DNA from: a bacterium
GTDB taxonomy: Bacteria > Patescibacteriota > Patescibacteriia > 2-01-FULL-39-33
DNA: 64,000 nucleotides
Direction: 5' to 3'
Assembly (NCBI GenBank): GCA_029558735.1
Contig: JAKQDP010000070.1
Location: forward strand, 42,700-106,699
Position numbers and translations under genes: made by a program. Position 1 is the stretch's first letter; the number at the start of each line of letters is the position of its first letter. This document shows, piece by piece, positions 47,403 to 57,198 of this stretch. Below the pieces are notes generated by a model, which saw only the letters and a list, made by a program, of their open reading frames with translations, did not search any database and was not told where the DNA came from.

Positions 47403-48344
47403 ATGACCAAAAATATTACCACCTTTAAGTCCAGCCCGGGCGGGCTGACCTGGATCAACATCATCAATGCCAGAAAAAAAGAAATCGACTACCTGCAAAG
47501 GAAATACAAATTCCATGAGCTAGATTTGAAAGATTCTTTTGCCAGCCACTACGCCCAACGACCCAAGTTTTTTCAACGCCACAATTATTGTTTTTTAATT
47601 CTGCAATTTCCTTTCTATAATCCCAAAAATCGAATAATTGAGGCGACAGAAATAGATTTCTTTATCAGCCGAGACCAGATTATTACCGTTCACAACAACA
47701 ATCTGCCGCCCCTGGTCGAGCTTTATAATCTATGCAGCAGCGATAAATTTTATCGCGACCAATATTTGTCCGATAATAATGCCGCCTTCCTCTATGAAAT
47801 CTTAATCCGACTTCAAGAATATTGCTATCCCCTGCTCGACCACATCAGTATTGATATAAAAAACATCGAGCAAAATATTTTCTCCGGCCGGGAAAGGCGG
47901 ATGGTGGGGGAAATTATGCTGGTCAAAAGAAACATCCTTAACACCCGGCGGATTATGGAAGCGCACAAAAATGTCATCCAAAAAATCATCCAGGAAAAAA
48001 CTAGCTATCTGCCGATAGAAAAAATAAAAATCTTCTATAATGACCTAGTCGAACACACCAAAAACATTTGGGATATCCTACAAAGCCAGAAGGAATTAAT
48101 CGAAACCTTAGAAAACACCAATTCAACCTTAGTCTCCTTCAAGCTAAACGACATTATGCGCACCTTGACCGTCTTCTCGGTAATTGTCTTCCCCCTGACT
48201 CTGTTCGCCGCCGTTTTTGGCATGAATACCCTAAACAGTATGCCTTTTATCGACCATCCCTACGGCTTCTGGTTTATTATCGGTATTATGCTCGCCGCCA
48301 CTTTGGCCATGTTTATGTTTTTCAAAAAGAAAAAATGGTTGTAA
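47403..48344 (+). CDS. corA: Magnesium/cobalt transporter CorA
   Basis: C-terminal two TM helices with the GMN signature (FGMNTLNSMPF). An extended -10 (TGcTATAAT) lies upstream at ~47333-47341. Confidence 0.85.
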   Translation: MTKNITTFKSSPGGLTWINIINARKKEIDYLQRKYKFHELDLKDSFASHYAQRPKFFQRHNYCFLILQFPFYNPKNRIIEATEIDFFISRDQIITVHNNNLPPLVELYNLCSSDKFYRDQYLSDNNAAFLYEILIRLQEYCYPLLDHISIDIKNIEQNIFSGRERRMVGEIMLVKRNILNTRRIMEAHKNVIQKIIQEKTSYLPIEKIKIFYNDLVEHTKNIWDILQSQKELIETLENTNSTLVSFKLNDIMRTLTVFSVIVFPLTLFAAVFGMNTLNSMPFIDHPYGFWFIIGIMLAATLAMFMFFKKKKWL

Positions 48345-48410
48345 ATAATCACTTTTCGAACAATTAAAAACGGCTGATTTTCCCTTAAGAAAAATCAGCC
48401 GTGAAACGAT

Positions 48411-49175
48411 TTAAAGCGGGGTCGCGCTCGAACGCCGCCGGCGCCATTTCAGTACCAAATACCAGGGCGGCGGCGGCGCGGTAATTGTCGCCTCTAATTG
48501 ATGGCACAATGCCTCAGACTCACCAATTTCATCTTCAATTTCCCGCATCTCTGTTTGGAGACGCTCAATTTCGCGCCGCCGAGTTAACAGCTCAACGGCT
48601 TTTTTTAACCGTTCAGCCAAATAAACTCTCGACTGGCCGACACCCTCGATTAATTCCTGAACATACTCGTCCGATCCGGTATTAACCAGTTGATTAGCTA
48701 AGCGCTCAAATAAGTCATAATGGACATACTCATAGCCGGCGTTAATCCGTTCCCACTTGATGCGCAAAAATTCGGCCAGTATCCGACCAAGAAAATCGGC
48801 CGGCAAAAACTTAAAAAGCTTGGGCGTAATTTGAAAATCAGCGACCGACCAGACAAAGAACGGCTGGTCGCCAAACTGGCACAAATAATAAATTATCTCC
48901 GAGTCTTCCAATTTGATAATCTGCGTGAACGTCCGCCTTAATTGTCGGCGCTGAATCTTTTCCAGCCAAAAACAAAAGCCGGAAAAACCGATAAACACCG
49001 CCAACACGGCTATGACGCCGATAAACGGCAGCATTCCGCCAAGGGTCGGTTCGCGACCGGTGGTTTGGGAAAAGGCTAAATAATGATAGAACAGCCAACA
49101 AACACCCACTAGCAATGAAGTGGCTGCTCCGCCGACAAAACCGTTTGTCAAGGAACTGAGTTGTTTCAGGGACAT
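48411..49175 (-). CDS. Hypothetical membrane protein (3 TM N-terminal, coiled-coil, Pro/Arg-rich C-terminus)
   Basis: ORF only. No recognisable domain. Confidence 0.45.
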   Translation of the reverse strand: MSLKQLSSLTNGFVGGAATSLLVGVCWLFYHYLAFSQTTGREPTLGGMLPFIGVIAVLAVFIGFSGFCFWLEKIQRRQLRRTFTQIIKLEDSEIIYYLCQFGDQPFFVWSVADFQITPKLFKFLPADFLGRILAEFLRIKWERINAGYEYVHYDLFERLANQLVNTGSDEYVQELIEGVGQSRVYLAERLKKAVELLTRRREIERLQTEMREIEDEIGESEALCHQLEATITAPPPPWYLVLKWRRRRSSATPL

Positions 49176-49307
49176 AGTTTTTCTCCTTGCTAGTTATCCC
49201 TATCCTTCCCGCAACCACTAATACTACCAAAAATAATAAAAAAAGTCAATCGTCCCACATAGACTTCAACTACCGGCCCCGCTTAAGTAAACTTTGTCCC
49301 AACCGGC

Positions 49308-50264
49308 TCAACTGATACGATTTAATATTTGTTCAATTGCCGCCAAGGTTTCCACCCGCACTAATTCCGAACGCAATTTTTTGGCTTCGGACCAGCCGGC
49401 CACATACCACAAGAGATGCTTTCTTAATTCAACCAAGCCGTGGCTATTTTTGGTGGCCAAGGCCAGCTTGGCATGTCGCAAAATAACTTTTTTAATCTCA
49501 ATTGGCCCAACTGTTTTATATTGACCGGTTTTCAAATAATCCTTTATCTGCTTAAACAGCCAGGGCTGACCATAAAGCCCCCGCGCCAAGCCCAGGCCAT
49601 CAACACCAGTTTGCTCAAGCATCTCCTTGGCCGCTTCCGGCGAAGCAATCCCGCCATTAGCCAAAACAATGCCGCCAAATTCTCGTTTGGCTCTTTTTAT
49701 CATATCCCGATCAACTGGTCCGGAAAAAGGATTTTTAAAATAACGACCATGAACCATCAGGGCGGCAATGGGCAAATCTTTGATATGGGAAATAAAATCA
49801 ACCGCCGTCACCTCATCAATGCCGGCGCGAATTTTTACTGACACCGGCAAAGATGTACCGGCCAAAACCGCCTCAACTATTTGACGACAATTATTCAAAT
49901 CACGCATCAGGGTGACACCACCGCCATGAGCGACCACCTTTTTGGCCGGACAGCCGAAATTAATATCAAGACCGTCAAAACCGGCGGCTTGACAAATAGC
50001 CGCCGCCTTAACAAAAGTGGCCGGCCGTTTGCCAAACAATTGAACGACGATCGGCTTTTCGGCCTTAGAAAATTTCAACAATTCCAAGGTCTTCTTGGAA
50101 TCATAATACAAACCATCGGCCGAGACCATCTCCGTATAGACCACATCAGCGCCATAATGCTTACATAATTGACGAAAAGCCGAATCAGTAACGCCCGCCA
50201 TCGGGGCGAGCGCCAAAATCGGCTTTTTGATTTTTTGCCAAAAATTCATAAGAAAATATTTCAA
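49308..50264 (-). CDS. dus: tRNA-dihydrouridine synthase (DusB-like)
   Basis: LAPMAGVTDSAFRQLC...VYTEMVSA; FMN-binding TIM barrel motifs. Confidence 0.85.
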   Translation of the reverse strand: MKYFLMNFWQKIKKPILALAPMAGVTDSAFRQLCKHYGADVVYTEMVSADGLYYDSKKTLELLKFSKAEKPIVVQLFGKRPATFVKAAAICQAAGFDGLDINFGCPAKKVVAHGGGVTLMRDLNNCRQIVEAVLAGTSLPVSVKIRAGIDEVTAVDFISHIKDLPIAALMVHGRYFKNPFSGPVDRDMIKRAKREFGGIVLANGGIASPEAAKEMLEQTGVDGLGLARGLYGQPWLFKQIKDYLKTGQYKTVGPIEIKKVILRHAKLALATKNSHGLVELRKHLLWYVAGWSEAKKLRSELVRVETLAAIEQILNRIS

Positions 50265-50634
50265 GTATTAATTATAAAACTTCATTAATTTTTAGCAATA
50301 TCCTCCATATAAACTGACATCATTTTAATATGGGGAGAAGCAATAACAAAAGAGAGTTTCTAGAACGACACGGACTTCCGGCTTGTTTTTTTTTGGACTG
50401 TTATCGAAAAAATGACTATTTAAAACAAGATGACGACAGTTGACTAATACCTGAACTTAGTTTTAATACAGTAATAAAAAACATCTTCGATTATCAAGGA
50501 TTGAAATCAATAGCCCTGCTAAAATCTAATTAAAGATTAAAACGAGAAAAAAATCAAAAAAAGACAAATAACACACCTTTACCGTCCTTATTCGGACAAT
50601 TTCTTCTTCAATTTATGTATTTTTTATAAATCTA

Positions 50635-50663
50635 TTGACAAAAAAATATAAATATGATATAAT
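50635..50663 (+). promoter_or_regulatory. Consensus sigma70 promoter with extended -10 (TTGACA-17-TGaTATAAT)
   Basis: TTGACA at 50635-50640; TGaTATAAT at 50655-50663. Confidence 0.55.
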
Positions 50664-50728
50664 AACAAATAGCTAAATATTGTGCTGTAGTCACCCAGTA
50701 CTTAACCTCAGAGATAGGAGAATTTAAC

Positions 50729-50926
50729 ATGGCTAAATCAGAAGAGCAGAAGCAGAGGGAAGAGGAGAGGAAGTACAATGAAGGTTACGAGTCCGCCGTC
50801 AAAGATGGAGGCAGTATGAGTATCGGCGCCTCGATCATGGCTCCCATGTCTGACAGTTGGTGGAAGGGTCGCGAAGACGCCAAGCACGACATTCAGAAGG
50901 GAAAGGCGGAGCGCGGCGAGAAGTAA
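50729..50926 (+). CDS. Small charged hypothetical protein, 65 aa
   Basis: RBS AGGAG 8 nt upstream. Strong promoter ~65 nt upstream. A terminator follows. Confidence 0.5.
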   Translation: MAKSEEQKQREEERKYNEGYESAVKDGGSMSIGASIMAPMSDSWWKGREDAKHDIQKGKAERGEK

Positions 50927-50956
50927 CCGACGAATAATTTGTCGGCAACACCATTC

Positions 50957-50995
50957 GCGGCTTGGAAATTAATCCGAGCCGCTCTTTTAATTTAT
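50957..50995 (+). terminator. Intrinsic terminator after the 65-aa ORF
   Basis: gcggcttgg-aaattaat-ccgagccgc followed by tcttttaatttatttt. Confidence 0.45.
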
Positions 50996-51177
50996 TTTAT
51001 TTTTCAAGTCGAGCCAGTTTATCATCAATCTGTGTCAATATCCAGATCAGGGTCAATATCCAGATCGGAGTAAACATACTGGAAGGTGAAAAACACAGCT
51101 AGCTAGTCTCTTGAGAAAAAATACAGACTAGCAAGGGAAATTATTCACCTGTCCACAGCACATGCCATTATAGCTTT

Positions 51178-52578
51178 CTATTTCCTCTTCAACTTGTACC
51201 CATTTTTCTCGTCCTCAATCACATATCCCAACCTTTCTATTTCGCCTCTCAGCTCATCGGATTTGGCCCAGTTTTTTTCCGCTCGAGCCGAGAGCCTGGC
51301 GCGAGCCAATTTTTCCACTGCCAGCGGAATTTTAACCGGTTTCAGTTTGGCCAAATCCAAACCAAATACCTTGTCAAAATCCAAAATAGTAGCTTTCTTG
51401 TCGCTATCCGGCAAATCGGATTTAAGCATTTCCCAACTTACAGCTAAAGCTTGAGGCAAATTGAAGTCATCTTCTATAGCGGCAATGAATTTATCTTTGA
51501 AACCGACGTTTATAACCCCTTTGGCAGGGCTAAAATTCAATACTTCGTTGCGCAGATTATTCAAAGCAGTCTGGGCTCCCAGAAGGGCATCCCAAGTGAA
51601 ATTCTGCTTGCTGCGATAATGGGCCTGCATAAAAAAATAACGCAAAGCCAGAGGATCAAATCCCTTTTCCTTTATTTCTTCCAGATTGTAAGCGGTACCC
51701 TCGGATTTGCTCATTTTGGCGCCGTCAACCGTCAAATGCTCATTATGCAACCAATAATTTACAAACTTTTTTCCGGTAGCGGCCTCGCTTTGGGCGATTT
51801 CATTGGTATGATGCACCGGAATGTGCTCTACTCCGCCCATATGGATATCCATCGTATCTCCCAGATATTTTCGGCTCATAGCCGAGCATTCCAAATGCCA
51901 GCCGGGAAATCCCTGTTTTGTCGGCTGATTGATATTTTTGAATTTGACCGGCCAAGTCTGCAAAGCATTCTTATGGGCGCCCGCTTTGAAAAACCAGACA
52001 GCAAAATCAGCCGGATGCTTTTTGTCTTTATCAGCCACATCTCCCTTTCCGGCCTCGGAAATATTTTTAGACAGGTCTTGTCCGGACAGCTGAGTGTAAT
52101 TTTCAAATTTTGACACGTCAAAATAAATCGCCAAATCAGTGGCATAAGCATAACCCTTATCCACCAACAACTGGACTATTTTGGCCATCTCTTTGATATG
52201 CTTGGTAGCCAACGGTTTTTTCCATGGAGCCAGGCAATTCAAATCATCAACATCAGATTCAAAAGCCCTAATATATTTTTCAGCAATCTGCTTAGGATCT
52301 GATTTTTCCCGCTTGGCAGCCTGAGCCATCTTATCCTCACCTTCGTCTTGATCGCTGGTCAAATGACCAACATCCGTATAATTTCTGACCAGCCGAACTT
52401 TATATCCCAGATATTCTAAAGACCTTACTATCAAATCAGCCAGGACCATCGCCCGCAAATTGCCAATATGTTGCGTCCAATAAACCGTCGGACCGCATTG
52501 ATAAAAAGAGACCACCCTCGGCTTGAGCGATTTGAATTCTTGTTTTGTTTTGGTAAGAGTGTTATTTATTTTCAACAT
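51178..52578 (-). CDS. cysS: Cysteine--tRNA ligase
   Basis: Class I HIGH (YQCGPTVY...HIGN) and KMSKS motifs. Zn-binding Cys and the CysRS anticodon-binding domain. Confidence 0.9.
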   Translation of the reverse strand: MLKINNTLTKTKQEFKSLKPRVVSFYQCGPTVYWTQHIGNLRAMVLADLIVRSLEYLGYKVRLVRNYTDVGHLTSDQDEGEDKMAQAAKREKSDPKQIAEKYIRAFESDVDDLNCLAPWKKPLATKHIKEMAKIVQLLVDKGYAYATDLAIYFDVSKFENYTQLSGQDLSKNISEAGKGDVADKDKKHPADFAVWFFKAGAHKNALQTWPVKFKNINQPTKQGFPGWHLECSAMSRKYLGDTMDIHMGGVEHIPVHHTNEIAQSEAATGKKFVNYWLHNEHLTVDGAKMSKSEGTAYNLEEIKEKGFDPLALRYFFMQAHYRSKQNFTWDALLGAQTALNNLRNEVLNFSPAKGVINVGFKDKFIAAIEDDFNLPQALAVSWEMLKSDLPDSDKKATILDFDKVFGLDLAKLKPVKIPLAVEKLARARLSARAEKNWAKSDELRGEIERLGYVIEDEKNGYKLKRK

Positions 52579-52676
52579 AAATTATAATAATTATTATCTT
52601 AATTCTACGATTATTACCTAATTTTGGCAAGAAACAGGCGGACAAAATAAATTGTCCGCCTAAACTACCGACTTGA

Positions 52677-53117
52677 TTACAACCACAGCAAGGTATTCCG
52701 CTCCGGCTTCATTTCCGCCAACGCGGTCGCAAACTTCCGCGACAGCTTCTGGTGACGCTCCAAATTATCCTCCAAAAATCTAACCAGCCGGGCCTGAATT
52801 GCCTGCCGAAACTCGGCGGCAGTTTGGCCGTTAAGCTGAATCTCCCAGACACAAACCGACGCCGCGCTCAAGGGCCGCGCGCCACAATTGACCGCCTGCA
52901 ACAAAAAAATTTTTTCCGCCGGCTTGATCACGCCAGCCCAAATACAGCCAAAATCCGGCAACTCCATCGTGGCAACTGTCCTAAGCAGGTCCCGATCAAC
53001 CGACTCGGCCAGCGGCTGAACGCTACCTTTGTCCCAATCAATTTTGTTCCCTTGCTCATCAAACAATTCAATCTTCATTAAATCGCCCTCCTTATCAAGT
53101 TTGGATCGAAAGAACAA
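52677..53117 (-). CDS. Hypothetical protein (146 aa; true start may be MKIELF)
   Basis: ORF only. Confidence 0.4.
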   Translation of the reverse strand: MFFRSKLDKEGDLMKIELFDEQGNKIDWDKGSVQPLAESVDRDLLRTVATMELPDFGCIWAGVIKPAEKIFLLQAVNCGARPLSAASVCVWEIQLNGQTAAEFRQAIQARLVRFLEDNLERHQKLSRKFATALAEMKPERNTLLWL

Positions 53118-53292
53118 AAAAACCAGACTGCCGTAGTGGAAGTCTGATTAGTGATTACCGCTTGATCTTTAACCGCTAAGCACAAATAAAACTTCCACCC
53201 CGAAATCCGAGTAGCAATAGTCCCAACAACAAGCCTAAATTTTGAGTGAAAGTATTCATATTGTCAGTATAAATTATTTTTCTTTGGCCGTC

Positions 53293-53331
53293 AATTAAAA
53301 AACCGCCGCGAGAATCTTTCCTCACGGCGGC
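53293..53331 (-). terminator. Intrinsic terminator
   Basis: 11-bp hairpin accgccgcgag-aatctttc-ctcacggcggc with tttttt on the minus strand, 8 nt after the stop of the 48-aa ORF. Confidence 0.6.
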
Positions 53332-53338
53332 AATGGTT

Positions 53339-53485
53339 CTAAAACTGACGAACGCCTTTGCTTGGCGTCAGTTTGTGGCGGGATTTATTTCCTCGCCGAG
53401 GCTTATTTCTAAGAAGGGGTTTTCCGGGGCTAACACCCAGACTCAATTTTTGAAAAATTCTATAAACAATCCCCTTTTTCTTCAT
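53339..53485 (-). CDS. Small basic protein, 48 aa (MKKKGIVYRIFQKLSLGVSPGKPLLRNKPRRGNKSRHKLTPSKGVRQF)
   Basis: Own consensus promoter, RBS AGGGAG 6 nt upstream of the ATG, and a strong terminator. Below the ORF-track cutoff. Confidence 0.45.
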   Translation of the reverse strand: MKKKGIVYRIFQKLSLGVSPGKPLLRNKPRRGNKSRHKLTPSKGVRQF

Positions 53486-53525
53486 TTTTTTCTCCCTTTG
53501 ATGATTTTTCTTACCCCTATCTATA

Positions 53526-53554
53526 ATTATAGCATATTTTCAACTTTTTGTCAA
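53526..53554 (-). promoter_or_regulatory. Consensus sigma70 promoter (TTGACA-17-TATAAT) on the minus strand
   Basis: Minus-strand TTGACA at 53549-53554 and TATAAT at 53526-53531. Confidence 0.55.
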
Positions 53555-53581
53555 AATATCGAAAAAACAAACCAACTCTAT

Positions 53582-54871
53582 TTAACTCCACGGCTTATCC
53601 TGACGAACCAGCAAGTCCTTGGCTTTAAGCGGTTCAGCCATAATTTCCTTGACGATTTTCTCCATTCGCATCCCCTGCGAACCTTTGACTAAAATAAAAT
53701 CGCCGGTCTCAATCCTGTCCTGAATGAAACAGCCGGCCGTCTCAGCATCGGAAAAATTAAAAATGTCTTCCGACCTTAAGCCGAGCTCTTTCGCCTTCTC
53801 GCCAATAAGTCTAGCCCGTTCGCCCACTGTAATCAAGCTGTCTATTTTATTTGCCGCCGCCAGCGCGCCGATATTTTGGTGCGCTTCTACTGTATATTCG
53901 CCCAACTCCAACATATCGCCCAAAACAGCAATTTTTTTACCCAAAACATTAAGTTGGCCCAGTACGGACAGAGCGGCCGCCATTGACTCGGGCCCGGCAT
54001 TATAGCTATCGTCAATAATAAAAGTATTTTTAATACCAGCCAATAAACGCATCCTTCCTTTGGGCGCCTCAAACAGTCGTAAAGCCTCGGATATTTCCAC
54101 CAAATTCATGCCGTTGATTACGCCGACGGCAGCGGCAGCTAAAGCGGCATAAACTAAATGCTCGCCCAAAATATTAGGCAATAACACCGGCACAGTACTG
54201 CCCTGATAAGACAACTTAAAACTTAAACCCGCTACCCGTTCACCACTATCCTTGGAAATAATAATTTCCGACGCCCTAACTTGAGCCTGCTGGCTGGTGA
54301 TACCATATTTGATCACCCGGCCCTTGACTACCTGCTCCATGTCGCAAACATAATGATTGTCGCAGTTTAAAACCGCCCAGCCATTTTTGCCCAAATGAGA
54401 GACCATGACTGATTTTTCCTTGGCAATCCGCTCTAAGGTTTTGAAAAATTCCAAGTGAACCGGGCTAATATTAGTCACTACGCCGATTTGGCAGGGCGCT
54501 AAATCGGTCAGATATTTCATATCCCCCACTCGATCGACTGCCATTTCCAAAACTAAAATCTTGGGATAGTTTTTGTCCCGCCAAGCCAGCAAAACCAAGC
54601 CCCTCATAAAAACTCCGAGCCAGCCCCAGACGGATCGACCGCCCGAACCAGCGCCGATAGTAGTCAGGGGCAAGCCGATTTCATTGTTGTAATTTTTAAT
54701 ATTTTGGCGAACATTAAACTTCAAAGCCAAGACCTTAAAAATAGCCTGCTTGGTGGAAGTTTTGCCAACACTACCGGTAATCCCGATGATTTGGGGCTGG
54801 TACTTTTTGATAATCGCCCGAGCTAATACGGCCAAAGCTTTCTGGACTAATTTTTTTAAAAAATTCTTCAT
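53582..54871 (-). CDS. murF: UDP-N-acetylmuramoyl-tripeptide--D-alanyl-D-alanine ligase
   Basis: Mur ligase P-loop IGITGSVGKTSTK, with central and C-terminal Mur ligase domains. Lies in the dcw cluster. Confidence 0.85.
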   Translation of the reverse strand: MKNFLKKLVQKALAVLARAIIKKYQPQIIGITGSVGKTSTKQAIFKVLALKFNVRQNIKNYNNEIGLPLTTIGAGSGGRSVWGWLGVFMRGLVLLAWRDKNYPKILVLEMAVDRVGDMKYLTDLAPCQIGVVTNISPVHLEFFKTLERIAKEKSVMVSHLGKNGWAVLNCDNHYVCDMEQVVKGRVIKYGITSQQAQVRASEIIISKDSGERVAGLSFKLSYQGSTVPVLLPNILGEHLVYAALAAAAVGVINGMNLVEISEALRLFEAPKGRMRLLAGIKNTFIIDDSYNAGPESMAAALSVLGQLNVLGKKIAVLGDMLELGEYTVEAHQNIGALAAANKIDSLITVGERARLIGEKAKELGLRSEDIFNFSDAETAGCFIQDRIETGDFILVKGSQGMRMEKIVKEIMAEPLKAKDLLVRQDKPWS

Positions 54872-54910
54872 CTTTTTTGACTTTCGATTTTAAACTGTCG
54901 ACCTGATGCC

Positions 54911-56800
54911 TTATTTATTGTCATAAGGCACATTATAATACTGCAAAATAAATTTGGCAATCTCTCCAAAGACTGGCGCGGCAGTCAAGGTGGCTTCCTT
55001 GCCCCAACCCGGTTGATTGATTACCACAATCATCGCAAAACGAGGGTTGTTAAACGGCGCAAAACCGACAAAAGAAGTGTTGACCTCCTCAGAATAGCCG
55101 CGACCGTTTGCTTTGGACACTTGGGCAGTCCCAGTCTTGCCGGCCACCCGATAACCAGCCACCTTGGCCGGTTGACCGTGGCCATTTTCCACGACACTGA
55201 CCATCATCGCGCCTAAAACAGCCGCCGTTTTAGAAGAAATCACCTGCCGAATCTCTTCGGGCTGAATAATTTGCATCTCGCCCTGATTATTGGCGATTTT
55301 TTCGACCAGATACGGCTTCATTAATTTGCCCCCATTGGCAATGGCCGCTACCGCTTTGACTACCTGTAACGGGGTGACAGTAATGCCCTGACCGAAAGAA
55401 GCCGTCGCCGGATAGATTTCGCCGCGACGATCCAAATTGGAAATATCACCGGCCGCTTCCGTGTCCAAAGTAATGCCGGTCAGCCGACCAAAATCAAAAT
55501 CTTCCACGTATTTTTTAAACACTTTGGGAGTGGTTTTGCGCATAGCAAAAATCATTCCGGTGTTAATTGATTTTTCCAAGGCCTGAGTCATCGTCTGGCT
55601 GCCGTAAATCTTATCGTCATAATTTTTAATGATGTCACTGCCGATTTTAACACTGCCCGTATCCTCAAAAACCGTACTCGGAGTAACGCTGTTGCTGTCC
55701 AGGGCCGCCGCCAAAGTAATCACTTTAAAAATCGAACCGGGCTCATAGGCGCTAAAAATCGCCGGATTGTTATACACCTTAATGTCGCTGACCTGATTAT
55801 ATTCGGCTGGATTAAAATCCGGCGCGCCGCACATCGCCAAGACCGCTCCGGTCTTGGGTTCCAAAACTATTACTGCGCCACTCTGAGCCTTGAAATAATC
55901 AACTGCCTGATGAATCGCTTGGCAGACTTTGTACTGAATCGCCCGATCAATGGTCAAAATCAGATCCGAACCGTCAACTTTTTCCCGCAAAGAATGACTG
56001 CCAATGGTGATAATATTGCCCCAAGCATCTCGTTCGGAAAAAATTTCGCCAAACTGCCCGGTTAAAATTTCATCAAAATAACCCTCCAAACCATAACTGC
56101 CTTGCCGCGTATCACCCTGAAATCCCCAAAAACCAAAAATATGTCCGCCCATACCCTGTTCCGAATAAAACCGCCAAACCTCCTGCTGAAATTGCAAACC
56201 CTTAATCCCCCACGATTCGATTATCTCTTTGGTTTCCTCATTGATCCGATGACGCAACGGTTCATAGGGGTCGTCAACTTTGGAAAAAATATTTTTCAGC
56301 CTATCAATCTCCAGGGTTTTTTGCGCTTCTCGCCAATCTGCCAATCGTTTGTCTTTGATTTCCTCGGCCAAAACCGGGTCAAGCGTCGGCGCCAAATCGG
56401 CAAACAACTCGCTTTTAACCTGCTCCATATTGATATCCTCGGGCAAGCCAAATAACTCAAACAACTTATTAGCCGTGGCTTCCGGATCAATAATCTCCTT
56501 GGGAACGGCATAAAGCATATATAAATCCTGATTGGCGACCAGAGGAAACAAAACTTCCTGACCGTTAACATTTTCCGCCACATAGATCGAACCGCGCTCC
56601 GGTACAAACCGCCGATGGAGCTCATGTTGGTCCACGGCGGCAGCGGCATAAAAATCACCCATCAATATCTGCACCTTGAATAAACGCAACACCAATAAAA
56701 CCGCAATAAATATAAAAAAAATGGATAGAAATTTAATTCTACCCTGCCCAGCAATTTTTTCGCGGCTGCGTGTATGGGAAAATGACTTACGCCAAACCAT
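54911..56800 (-). CDS. ftsI: Peptidoglycan D,D-transpeptidase (PBP2/FtsI class B penicillin-binding protein)
   Basis: N-terminal TM and PBP dimerisation domain. Transpeptidase motifs SIFK, SIN (KSINTG) and KTGTA. Confidence 0.85.
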   Translation of the reverse strand: MVWRKSFSHTRSREKIAGQGRIKFLSIFFIFIAVLLVLRLFKVQILMGDFYAAAAVDQHELHRRFVPERGSIYVAENVNGQEVLFPLVANQDLYMLYAVPKEIIDPEATANKLFELFGLPEDINMEQVKSELFADLAPTLDPVLAEEIKDKRLADWREAQKTLEIDRLKNIFSKVDDPYEPLRHRINEETKEIIESWGIKGLQFQQEVWRFYSEQGMGGHIFGFWGFQGDTRQGSYGLEGYFDEILTGQFGEIFSERDAWGNIITIGSHSLREKVDGSDLILTIDRAIQYKVCQAIHQAVDYFKAQSGAVIVLEPKTGAVLAMCGAPDFNPAEYNQVSDIKVYNNPAIFSAYEPGSIFKVITLAAALDSNSVTPSTVFEDTGSVKIGSDIIKNYDDKIYGSQTMTQALEKSINTGMIFAMRKTTPKVFKKYVEDFDFGRLTGITLDTEAAGDISNLDRRGEIYPATASFGQGITVTPLQVVKAVAAIANGGKLMKPYLVEKIANNQGEMQIIQPEEIRQVISSKTAAVLGAMMVSVVENGHGQPAKVAGYRVAGKTGTAQVSKANGRGYSEEVNTSFVGFAPFNNPRFAMIVVINQPGWGKEATLTAAPVFGEIAKFILQYYNVPYDNK

Positions 56801-56811
56801 AAGAAAAAAAA

Positions 56812-57183
56812 TTACCTCAAAGCGACCGCCGAACCAACAGCATAAACCGTATCCACTTCAGCAGTAACGACCAAATCCAGACCTTTGACCTGTTCAACCA
56901 TATTAGCCATTGACTTGGCTTCAATATATTTTAAATTTAATTTTTTATTCTCTTCGGTCAATTCGCTGATCCGCTGATTCAATTCCTTTATTTTATAACC
57001 CTTGGTGGCGGAGATATTAGTCTGAACCAAGTACCAAAAACCAACTGCCAACGTAATTGCCACTAAAGTGATCGACGCCAACCGCCAATTAAATAAAGTC
57101 AGAAAAAACCCGCTTATTCTCTTTCTCCGATTCAATTCCGGAAAGTGATGGTTGCGTTTTTCTTGTGTCCAATTTTTACACAT
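56812..57183 (-). CDS. ftsL: FtsL-like cell division protein (single TM + coiled coil)
   Basis: Position between rsmH and ftsI. TM LASITLVAITLAVGFWYLV followed by a heptad-rich region. Confidence 0.55.
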   Translation of the reverse strand: MCKNWTQEKRNHHFPELNRRKRISGFFLTLFNWRLASITLVAITLAVGFWYLVQTNISATKGYKIKELNQRISELTEENKKLNLKYIEAKSMANMVEQVKGLDLVVTAEVDTVYAVGSAVALR

Positions 57184-57198
57184 ATTAATCTGCTTTAT

